62,896 nt of DNA from positions 1-62,896 of the IMG/VR virus record IMGVR_UViG_3300030202_001144. One strand, 5' to 3'. Each line of letters begins with the position of its first letter. Positions within the stretch are counted from its first letter, which is position 1. This document shows positions 20,101-27,884 of the stretch, piece after piece. The notes below the pieces were generated by a model. The model was not told where the DNA came from and did no database searches. It saw nothing but the letters and a program-made list of their open reading frames with translations. This DNA comes from a virus. Its lineage: Duplodnaviria > Caudoviricetes. The translations under genes and the position numbers were made by a program.

Positions 20101-21921
20101 CCTACCCCATTTGTCTGCTAAAATTATACCTACTTGATAATTTCTGTTTTGTTTTACTGAATGTTGAGGATATTCCTCTGCTATTTGAGCAACTCTATCA
20201 CTTAAACCAACCGCATAGTTTAAACCTAACGGAGCGTTATATCCTTGTGTAAAGTTAGCATACATAACTCTATTACCAGCTATAGCTTGAGCTAAAGCTT
20301 TTACAGGAACCTTATCATAAACTCTTGTTGTTTCGTCTGTAGGTAAAGTTTTAAAAGGTACTGTTGATTGATATGTATATTGATATATGTTAGTATTATT
20401 TAGATTAGTTATAAATTGTGGATTAACTTCAATGCTTTGAAGAATTTTATAAGCTAATGCATCAGACTCTTTATATATAATATCTATTTCGTTTATTTTA
20501 TAATCATCTATTATATTTAATGAAGGCAGCTCTATGTTTAATATTATGTTGTTAATATTGTTTTGCATAAACTTTACAATAGTAGATCTCATTGTATCGT
20601 CTTCATCTTCATTTAAAAACTCACCTTCATGTTGAGGTATAAAACACTCCTGTGTAAATGGAGCTATAATAGAATATTCACCATCATCAAATCTAAACCT
20701 ATAACTAAACCTTATAAATTTATCACGTAATAATTCTGGATCACCTTGCCAACCTTTAAAACCAGCTTCTTGCACAACTCTTACAGCATATCCTTGTTTA
20801 GTACCTGTGTTTGAAACTACACTTGGATTACCTGCGTTATTATTGTCTTGTAAATAAAAATATTTATTAACATCAGACACCCACCATTTTCCTTGAGTGT
20901 TTAAATTATTAAAGTCATTATTGTTAGCAGTTGCTGATCTTTCACCAGAAGGAGTACCATCCCATCCTGATGAATTATTTGTAGCAGCAGCCGTACTAGT
21001 CCAAAAATCTGTAGATTTTAAACTTGCTGGTGCTGTTGTTTGTGTTTCAGTTATAAGATTATTATAATCAGCTTCTGTAGCTAATCTATAACCGTATGGA
21101 GCTAGATTTCTCGTATCAGTTACAGCATGCCTATTGTAAAGCTTTTGATATATAACGCCATTAGATAATTGATTTTCATAATAACACCAGCAACCAGTGC
21201 TAAGTTGATCAAAATTATCCCAATCAGCAAAAGATTCAGCTTGTGGTATTAAATCGCCATTTCTATATCTACTTACATCTAAATTATCAGTAGCCCAAAT
21301 AGTAGAACCTATAGTAATACTAGGTAGGTTTTCAGCATCAGACATTGTACTAGGTTTTAAAGCGCTAACACTTCTTAAATCTATTAAAGCAGGAGCAATA
21401 TAAGGAGAAAACTTAGCAACACTTACGCTTTCTTCACTATTATAATAATTAGGGTTTTGAGTAGCTGTAACTACATTTATAACCCTAGGTTGATTTCTAT
21501 TATCTGTAAAAAACAATAAAGACTCTAACAGGTTTATACCATGCATTGTATTAGCTGTAGAAAAATTTAAATATGAACCACTTGCTAAAACAGTTGCAAC
21601 AGTAGTATTAGAACTTGGCTGCCATCTATTTATAGAACAATTAGCTGTAGAAGGCGCTAAAGTACTACCTGTATAATCTGTTAAAAAGAAATAAACATAA
21701 CCACTAGCGTCATCAACATATGTACCTATACACTGTTGACCTGAAGCACTGTTTATTATAATTTCATTACCTAAAACAGCTTCTAGCGCGCCAACATCTT
21801 GGTCTTCAGATCTAGAGACCGCAATATTCTTTGCGTCTCTGTATTCGTTATTTGGTACTAGTCTATCATCTAAGTCTTTATTCATTTTAGACTTGATGAA
21901 GCTGTTTTTATTTTCTGCCAT
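17179..21921 (-). CDS. Tail stabilisation protein, N-terminal part, with inserted FISUMP domain
   Basis: KMNKDLDDRLVPNNEYRDA, LLFFTDNRNQPR, RFSYRFRFDDGEYS, GNRVMYANF motifs; FISUMP domain at 20767-21321. Confidence 0.7.
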   Translation of the reverse strand: MAENKNSFIKSKMNKDLDDRLVPNNEYRDAKNIAVSRSEDQDVGALEAVLGNEIIINSASGQQCIGTYVDDASGYVYFFLTDYTGSTLAPSTANCSINRWQPSSNTTVATVLASGSYLNFSTANTMHGINLLESLLFFTDNRNQPRVINVVTATQNPNYYNSEESVSVAKFSPYIAPALIDLRSVSALKPSTMSDAENLPSITIGSTIWATDNLDVSRYRNGDLIPQAESFADWDNFDQLSTGCWCYYENQLSNGVIYQKLYNRHAVTDTRNLAPYGYRLATEADYNNLITETQTTAPASLKSTDFWTSTAAATNNSSGWDGTPSGERSATANNNDFNNLNTQGKWWVSDVNKYFYLQDNNNAGNPSVVSNTGTKQGYAVRVVQEAGFKGWQGDPELLRDKFIRFSYRFRFDDGEYSIIAPFTQECFIPQHEGEFLNEDEDDTMRSTIVKFMQNNINNIILNIELPSLNIIDDYKINEIDIIYKESDALAYKILQSIEVNPQFITNLNNTNIYQYTYQSTVPFKTLPTDETTRVYDKVPVKALAQAIAGNRVMYANFTQGYNAPLGLNYAVGLSDRVAQIAEEYPQHSVKQNRNYQVGIILADKWGRQTDVILSSKDNVLIAGGEPTEGSNYFTTYRPVENASQVQGWTGENLNIRFDSIININGDTSGLYAQPSLYTVEGPMSSPFPAFFNWSTQELNTVANQAAYTFLNLSYQDLNATTLFTLWLNEGKGWVEVASNTYAVTDSGNDEIVVTFSSGAPAASNYKLRGRVLYNSQYRYQIENFGLTVTATTELFGAGKYLRGKYQDYVEVESFNQQGSADRYLFFTNEEIDDAYMFQGDTDPSSNPSTRTEPKTFLTVNNYTFDINVNGFYSYRVVVKQQQQEFYNVYLPGIVSGYPIQGNTTEIGSTAFVTLIHDNINKVPRQLKEISNQDVQFNSELTWFGRVTNNSVLAAGNNQQYGPNTTPDSVELIGAIKDVFPGVAFDDAPTTNGEINNNAIFDVESKPFIAKVNVQKAIGVQQATFNTQAGGAEYPDSMSLSVYETSPTVSNLDLFYETSTSGLISDINTAIVSSGTAIIGLSTFTWLHNEGDCAGADLTTPFFALTPQGNDVTSTAILSSVYSFDLSDQIDTSVNRNSEFQIVAAGGGSWKIQLVEPHAALLNFEFLEKYQFNIQFTQADGTVSNQTFVRTLLNDLPVIDLVTNPQPGPTQSTILKATGNAFNGIGLVKGFNGSCNTCDRTRDLQWTIQSARWQNGSGVWYSYITGTNTTAPTSSTDIATYYFIKAQGQENQTTCTGNSPDNFYGIWLERKTNVSGQPGTLQGDFFAPNLHEVTIQLTDQNGTGASSILAIQFTPTATTYSNVVASSYTASTVPSSPFYINPLNHWQTPPTGTGMAATCPTATSTPVLPTWVGEIANWTSNDVYIYAKTYSQTSTTFILNASFGGYNTQDTTGMDAPAKGDGNRAFTGPVAINHSTAGVQYHVIGQLSAFNPTQLQQNNSVVPGDSGNVGDGPFDYSECTWINNKITWTSLSTCGANARLSLVYDTVLQVPPPSPQNIQAVSNTSPPFHTTSWYKTTGWPS

Positions 21922-21923
21922 TA

Positions 21924-23192
21924 TTAATTTTTAATCCATTTAGATTTGTTACGCATAACTTGTACTATTTCATCTAGTTTAATATTAGACAATCTAATTT
22001 TTGCGTTTCTTAGCTTAGCTGCTTTTTCTTTTTTAAGTCTCATTACAACATACTCTGGTTGATTAATTCTTGTAGAAATTATAGAATATATTATATAAGC
22101 ATACATAGCGTCTTCTGCTAATTTAGGTACTTTACTATCAAGATCATATGCTAAACCATCTGATACATATTCAAAAACCATTAAATTACCAGCTAAATTA
22201 CTAGAAAAAGAAAGTTTGTTTTCTCTTTCATTTATATTAAACCAACCGTTCATTTGAGAAGCAGACGGCTCTAATCCATATCTTTCACCATAACCATAAC
22301 CAGTACCTAAGCCCCAACCATAACCATATCCATAGAAATCTGGATCAATAGAGTTATTTATTTCAGCTTCAGTTAAATTACTGTTTATTAAAGTAGTATT
22401 TGCTTTGTGCCATCTTTCTTGAACTATTGATGTACCTTCTGTATCATTTCCAAAATTATCTTGAGTAGGAATACCATCATCATCTTGAAGTTGGGTATAA
22501 TAAGGACTAATAGTTATGTTATTTGTAGGATATATAATATGTTTAACACCTAATTGATCTATCCATGAACACCTAACATAGTTAACATAATCTTGAGGAA
22601 GTATTAATGTTAAGTTAGCAGGTATAGTTAATTCAGCTGACTTTATACTTTTTAATGTATCATAACTAAATTCTTGCATTGCTCTTTTAGCATGAAATAT
22701 TACATCAGTTCTTTTTACATTAGGTATTAATTTGTCTTTTCCAACATATCCTACTAAAAAATTATTTACAATATCATTTAGTTTTATGTATTGATAACTA
22801 CCATAGTTATCTTCAACCACTTCACCAAAAGCTTTTTCTTGATCTGTATCTCCATATTTACCACCGCTTAATGATTTTAATTGAACAACTATAAATAAAT
22901 TGTTTGCTGGAGCACCTTGAGTAAACTCAATTGTATTACCTGAAACCGCATATTGTGTTGTAAATTCAGACCATGTTCCTGGTGTACCTAATAAACTAGT
23001 ATATATTTTAAAATTATTTAAAGCATATTCTGCAGTTGTAGGATTCCATGAACCATAATATAAATCAGTGTCAAATGTAGTTGTAAACTTAGTGGTGTTA
23101 CCATCGCCTCTAAAGTTTTGTGAACCTGCATAATATTGTTGCGCTGTTTCTGTTATTAAACCGTTATTCGGTGGTTTTATTATACTAGCCAT
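21924..23192 (-). CDS. Tail/neck structural (ring) protein
   Basis: LPQDYVNYVR and conserved C-terminal LRNAKIRLSN; position after the capsid genes. Confidence 0.6.
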   Translation of the reverse strand: MASIIKPPNNGLITETAQQYYAGSQNFRGDGNTTKFTTTFDTDLYYGSWNPTTAEYALNNFKIYTSLLGTPGTWSEFTTQYAVSGNTIEFTQGAPANNLFIVVQLKSLSGGKYGDTDQEKAFGEVVEDNYGSYQYIKLNDIVNNFLVGYVGKDKLIPNVKRTDVIFHAKRAMQEFSYDTLKSIKSAELTIPANLTLILPQDYVNYVRCSWIDQLGVKHIIYPTNNITISPYYTQLQDDDGIPTQDNFGNDTEGTSIVQERWHKANTTLINSNLTEAEINNSIDPDFYGYGYGWGLGTGYGYGERYGLEPSASQMNGWFNINERENKLSFSSNLAGNLMVFEYVSDGLAYDLDSKVPKLAEDAMYAYIIYSIISTRINQPEYVVMRLKKEKAAKLRNAKIRLSNIKLDEIVQVMRNKSKWIKN

Positions 23193-23198
23193 TTTTTA

Positions 23199-24113
23199 TT
23201 ATTGTTTTTCGTTTATTTCATTAGCTGCTAATTCTTGAGCTGCTGCTTGAACTATAGCAGGATCTTTAATAGTTACACCAGCATATTTTAAAACTTCTAA
23301 AATAACTGTGCTTTGCTCTGATACATCTAATTCAAAATCAACAGAAGTTGTTGGATCCCAAACATAATAACCAGTAGGAGTTGTAAAATTCCACATTACA
23401 TCTGATGGTTTTCTAACATAAGTTACTGATATATTAGAGTTTATTGTTTGAGGATATATTATAATTTTTTTATCTTCATATACATATACTGGAAAATACT
23501 CAGAAGGTTTTGTAATAGTAGACATATTCATTTGAGCTAGCTCATTTCTTTCTACACATTGAACTTCTTTATCATCTTTGTATAATACAGTTCCTAATTT
23601 ATAAAAATCTTGTGGATATAAAGTTATTAATAACGTAGATCCAGCCGCAATAGATCCAGCAGTAAGATTAAAAGTACCACCAGTTATATTGTAATTAGTA
23701 TAAGCAACACCATTTAGTGTTACTATAACATTACTATCTTCTACTTGAGCTTGTGTTATTGTTGTTAATGTATAAGCGGTTTGATTATTAACTGTCGCAA
23801 AAGTCTGCGTACCGCTTGCCACTCCAGAGTTGGGAGTGTTAAAATAGTTGGGATTACTAGCAACATAAGTAGCGCTGCCTAGTACTTTAAAAATATCTAG
23901 TTTTTCTTGAACCGTTTTATATCTATCACCATACTCACTTTCGTTTTGTGGTAATCTCATTTGTTGATTTAACGTTTCAAAATAGCTTTCAAATATTTCT
24001 AGTTGAACTTGAGTTGCAATTTTATTAAACTCGTCTGGAGTTAAATAACCTCTTTGTTCTTTGTTGATTATAAGTAAGACTGTTTTGTAAACTTTATCTA
24101 CATTTATTGCCAT
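23199..24113 (-). CDS. Tail/neck structural (ring/adaptor) protein
   Basis: VYKTVL.IINKEQRGYLTPDEFN and YVRKP motifs; position. Confidence 0.6.
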   Translation of the reverse strand: MAINVDKVYKTVLLIINKEQRGYLTPDEFNKIATQVQLEIFESYFETLNQQMRLPQNESEYGDRYKTVQEKLDIFKVLGSATYVASNPNYFNTPNSGVASGTQTFATVNNQTAYTLTTITQAQVEDSNVIVTLNGVAYTNYNITGGTFNLTAGSIAAGSTLLITLYPQDFYKLGTVLYKDDKEVQCVERNELAQMNMSTITKPSEYFPVYVYEDKKIIIYPQTINSNISVTYVRKPSDVMWNFTTPTGYYVWDPTTSVDFELDVSEQSTVILEVLKYAGVTIKDPAIVQAAAQELAANEINEKQ

Positions 24114-24127
24114 TTAATCTTATTTTT

Positions 24128-24218
24128 AAAACGGCCAGGGGGATGAGTCCGCTTCCTATTACGCTCCCCGGTGAGGGGGAGTGTAAGGGAGGAGGCGAGC
24201 TCATCTCTTTGCTGTTTT
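24128..24218 (+). ncRNA. 91-nt GC-rich rod-like hairpin (candidate ncRNA or structured DNA)
   Basis: Three stacked helices with six G-U pairs only on the + strand; GC island in AT-rich intergenic DNA. Confidence 0.5.
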
Positions 24219-24311
24219 GTAAAGCCCACGATTAACATCTGCACGGACCGCTCTCACACACAGTTTGCACTAGCTGGTCCTTATAGTCACTTGCGCGTTC
24301 TTTACAATTAT

Positions 24312-24340
24312 TATTATTACATGTTTTTAGAGTTTTTTAT
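24312..24340 (-). promoter_or_regulatory. Class 2 promoter variant ATAAA-N15-GTAATAATA
   Basis: Same spacing as the other copies; an extra GTGACTATA box lies at 24282-24290. Confidence 0.45.
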
Positions 24341-25133
24341 CTATAGACTTGTAAATTTCTACTCCTTCATCTGTTTTAAAGAAAGCAGCCATTGCTGAAT
24401 AAGGATTTTCATCAAAAGGAACATTCATTAGTTTTCTATTGTTAGAAGCCCAACTAAATGATCTTTGATCTTGAGATAATTTTATAATCCCTGCTTCAGT
24501 TGCTCTAATTGCAACGTTTCTAAGATGAACATTTTCATCTCTTACTAACTCCATAAATAATATAGGATTAGCTCTTGCAAAAATTAATAAATCTCTTTTT
24601 AATTCTTTTGAAGACATCTCATTAACTTTAGAACCTACTTCAACTCTTAATATTGCTTCTGCTAAATCAATATCAATTTCTCTAGCTAAATTTAAAGCAT
24701 CAACTTGAAGGCTTAATAATTGTAGTTCATCAGTAGCTTCTTCTACAGCGTTAAACTCTGAATACATTTTGTTTCTTAACGGATGATATAATGATAAAAG
24801 CTTTTGAAGATTTTGTTTTTCTTTAGGAACCATTAATGCTCCATCTTTAAAAATTATATGACCTAAAGTTGCTTCACCTTTTTGTTCATCTACAAAAGGA
24901 GAATCTTGATTAGTAGCATATCTAAGTTCTCTTTGTTTACCTGACTCAGCGTCAAAATAAAGTAATGAGTGTTTTCTAGTATGTTTAGAAGGTATTGTAA
25001 ATGTTAATGGTTCTTTATTATCATTTAAGTAATATCTTCTATCTTTTATTTCCCAAGAAGGTTTAACTTCTTTTTTAGGTGGATTAACCTTAATAGGTTT
25101 TTCAACCACCTCTGATTTTTTATTTTTTTCCAT
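24327..25133 (-). CDS. Conserved hypothetical protein of the head module
   Basis: Clean 268-aa ORF immediately after MCP. Confidence 0.7.
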   Translation of the reverse strand: MEKNKKSEVVEKPIKVNPPKKEVKPSWEIKDRRYYLNDNKEPLTFTIPSKHTRKHSLLYFDAESGKQRELRYATNQDSPFVDEQKGEATLGHIIFKDGALMVPKEKQNLQKLLSLYHPLRNKMYSEFNAVEEATDELQLLSLQVDALNLAREIDIDLAEAILRVEVGSKVNEMSSKELKRDLLIFARANPILFMELVRDENVHLRNVAIRATEAGIIKLSQDQRSFSWASNNRKLMNVPFDENPYSAMAAFFKTDEGVEIYKSIDKKL

Positions 25134-25157
25134 AATATAATATAATTAAATAAGTTA

Positions 25158-25189
25158 AAGGTATATGGGCGCCGAAGCGCCCTTACCTT
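25158..25189 (-). terminator. Hairpin/terminator after MCP
   Basis: GGGCGC-TTCG-GCGCCC extended by AAGGTA/TACCTT. Confidence 0.7.
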
Positions 25190-25200
25190 ATTTCAAGTAC

Positions 25201-26643
25201 TTACACTCCTTTGAATAATACAAAGTTGTTAGCACCTTGAGTTACAAGACATCTCTCTGATAAGAAGTTAACTTCCATAGCATCAAGAGTAGAAGTAAAT
25301 GCCCCACCAACTGAACCAGTTAGCCAAGACTTCATTCTTCTATCATCAGCTTGAGAAGCTCTATATCTTACGTGTAAGAAAGGTCTTCTAATGTTTGTAC
25401 CAAGAATCTGATCATAAACAGTAGATGTTCCAGCAGGTATTAATACACCTTCAATAGAACTAACACCGTCCATAGCACCTCTAGTAGAAGCATCGTTTAA
25501 GTATTTCCAGTCAGTTTTATAGAAGTCATAAGAACCTCTTCTGAATCCAGAGAAACCTAAATTTAATGCCATTTCCTCAGAGTTCTCAAATAAACCAAAT
25601 GCAGTACCACCAGCATAGCCTCCAGATATATTAGCTAACATATCATCAAAATCTAAAGCTGTTTGTCTTTGTAAGAAAAGCATGTTTTCTTCAATAGCAC
25701 CTTGAGTATCTAAGTTTTTAAGAATAGCATCGAATGAATCAATACCAGCAGCAGCAGTGAATCCAACGTTTACATTACCTCTATCTTCAATAGCAGCAAA
25801 TAAACCTTGTGTACCTTTAGTAAGTGCTTTAATAGCAGCACCACCATTTTTAGATAATTCACCTTCAACCATAGACATTTCTAAGTAATCTTCAAATCTA
25901 AGTCTTGTTTCAGACTCAGCTTTAAGATACCATAAATATCCAGATGTTCCGTCTTCAGTAGCAACTTCAACCCAACCGATTTGTGCAGTATCAGAACCAG
26001 ATACAACGTACTTACTTCTAATAATGATTGGTGAGTTAGAGAATTGTGTGAAAGCAGGATCAACACTGATGTATTGATCGCCAGTTACAGCACCTGCAGC
26101 GTCTGGAGCATTGCTTACAGACTGACCTTTTTGTACGTCAGAACCATAAACAAAGATTTTACCAGTTGCAGCAAATCCTTGTAAATCAGCAGCTGTGTAA
26201 GGAAGAACGTTTAATACACCTGTAGCAGTGTTACTAGCAGATACATAAGCTTTGATTTCTTTACCAGCGTCATCCATAATAACGATAGTACTCTTAGGAG
26301 ATACTACGTTTTTTACTGTAGCTGTTACAGTAATTGTAATAGTATTTACACCTGCACCATTTCCGATAGCAACACCGTCATACGCAATGTGTAATCTATT
26401 TTGTTCAGACCAAATTACTTGGTCAGACGTCATAGGCATTTCAGCACCTACCATTCTCAAGAAACCTGATAACGTTCTGTTTCCATAACGCTCAACTTCT
26501 TGTTCGTAGATTTCTGGTAAATATTGCTGCGCAAAGTCAACAAAATCATTACCTGCCTTATCAGTCCACTGTAAGTAGTTACTATTAAGTAACTCTTGTT
26601 TTTGTGATGGGATAATAGACCCAAATTGTGGAGTTAAACTCAT
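25201..26643 (-). CDS. Major capsid protein
   Basis: 480 aa after portal and scaffold; strongly biased codon usage; NLGFSGFRRGSYDFY and TQGANNFVL patterns. Confidence 0.85.
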   Translation of the reverse strand: MSLTPQFGSIIPSQKQELLNSNYLQWTDKAGNDFVDFAQQYLPEIYEQEVERYGNRTLSGFLRMVGAEMPMTSDQVIWSEQNRLHIAYDGVAIGNGAGVNTITITVTATVKNVVSPKSTIVIMDDAGKEIKAYVSASNTATGVLNVLPYTAADLQGFAATGKIFVYGSDVQKGQSVSNAPDAAGAVTGDQYISVDPAFTQFSNSPIIIRSKYVVSGSDTAQIGWVEVATEDGTSGYLWYLKAESETRLRFEDYLEMSMVEGELSKNGGAAIKALTKGTQGLFAAIEDRGNVNVGFTAAAGIDSFDAILKNLDTQGAIEENMLFLQRQTALDFDDMLANISGGYAGGTAFGLFENSEEMALNLGFSGFRRGSYDFYKTDWKYLNDASTRGAMDGVSSIEGVLIPAGTSTVYDQILGTNIRRPFLHVRYRASQADDRRMKSWLTGSVGGAFTSTLDAMEVNFLSERCLVTQGANNFVLFKGV

Positions 26644-26654
26644 TTTAATTAGTT

Positions 26655-27851
26655 TTAATTGTTAAATTTCCTTGTTTTTATTCTAAGTTTTGAAGCATCA
26701 GAGCCACTTATTGCGCGAACTTTGAGTCCTTTAACAAAAACATCTCCTGAGCTTTCTTTTCTAGGTTCAGTACTTAAGTTTTTAGTTTTAGCAACTAATT
26801 CTTTAGTAGCATCCGCTTTTCCTTGCTCATAAAAATGTTTTGCAATAGTATCAGAATTCCTTGCAGCATACATGGCTTTGTGGTATCCTTGTGGATCAAC
26901 TAACATGCCATCTTTGTCTAAGAACGTCTCGACAAAGTTTGTAATATCTGTTTGATTTTCCACTATTTCGTTAGGATTTCTTACTCCGTACCTAAATTTT
27001 TTATCACCTACTTTAAAATCAAAACCTTTGAATTCATCAGTAAAAGTATCTTTAGTTACTTTTTGAAAAACCTCTCTTTGTTTAGATAGTGTTTTCTGAT
27101 CTTCGTTGTATCGGTTGAAAAAATCTATAGCTTTTTGTTGATCAGCATTTACATTTGATCTCAACTTGATTTCATCATAGTACTTGCTTTTTAAATCGTT
27201 TAAATAGCTTTTAGCTTTTCCAACTTCTTCTTTGAACGCTAATTTTTTCTTTTTAACTTCGCGTTCTTCATCTACATCTTCATCTACTTTAAAATTATCT
27301 TCCATTAAGAAGTTAACTTCATCGTAGCTTAAATGTGGACGAGTATTTTTATAATATTCTCTTAACAATGCTTCATTATCAATATTTTCATAATCAGCAT
27401 TTAATCTTACATAATCTTCTACCGTTCCTCCAGTTTCTTCCATAAATGAAACTAGTTTTTCTACATTTTCAGGTAACTGTTTTACCGGAGCTTCTACTTT
27501 TTTTATCGGCTCAGGTTTTTCTTTTGTTTCTTTTTCTTTTTCTTCTTCAGTTACTGGTATTTCTTCAATAACATTCTCAGCGGTCCCTTCGTGTGTTTGT
27601 CCCACTTCTTGCAATCCCACCTCGGATCCTTCTTCGCGTAACACGCTGCTCTCTGTTTCTTGCTTTTGAACGGCATCTTTTTCTTCTGTTTTAGTTAAAT
27701 CAACTTTAATTGGTTCTGCTGCTTTTTTTTGAGCTGCTAAATCAATTTTAACTGTTTCTTCTGGAACTGTTAATTTTTTAGGTACTCTTTTCTTTTTAAT
27801 TTTAAAGTCACCTTCTTGTTTAACAGGTTCATTTGTTTTAGTTTCTGACAT
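26655..27851 (-). CDS. Putative scaffolding protein
   Basis: Acidic, E/K-rich, between portal and MCP. Confidence 0.6.
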   Translation of the reverse strand: MSETKTNEPVKQEGDFKIKKKRVPKKLTVPEETVKIDLAAQKKAAEPIKVDLTKTEEKDAVQKQETESSVLREEGSEVGLQEVGQTHEGTAENVIEEIPVTEEEKEKETKEKPEPIKKVEAPVKQLPENVEKLVSFMEETGGTVEDYVRLNADYENIDNEALLREYYKNTRPHLSYDEVNFLMEDNFKVDEDVDEEREVKKKKLAFKEEVGKAKSYLNDLKSKYYDEIKLRSNVNADQQKAIDFFNRYNEDQKTLSKQREVFQKVTKDTFTDEFKGFDFKVGDKKFRYGVRNPNEIVENQTDITNFVETFLDKDGMLVDPQGYHKAMYAARNSDTIAKHFYEQGKADATKELVAKTKNLSTEPRKESSGDVFVKGLKVRAISGSDASKLRIKTRKFNN

Positions 27852-27884
27852 AATATAATATAATTAAATAATTAATAAATAGTT

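Noticed and set aside
20767-21321. Possible DGR target (FISUMP domain)
   Set aside because: No reverse transcriptase and no template/variable repeat pair seen in the window
24140-24205. GATGAG-TCC resembling a hammerhead ribozyme core
   Set aside because: No CUGA before it and no GAAA partner on either strand
24171-24398. 75-aa plus-strand ORF over the GC-rich spacer
   Set aside because: GTG start inside the hairpin loop, overlaps an opposite-strand gene; structure explains the composition better
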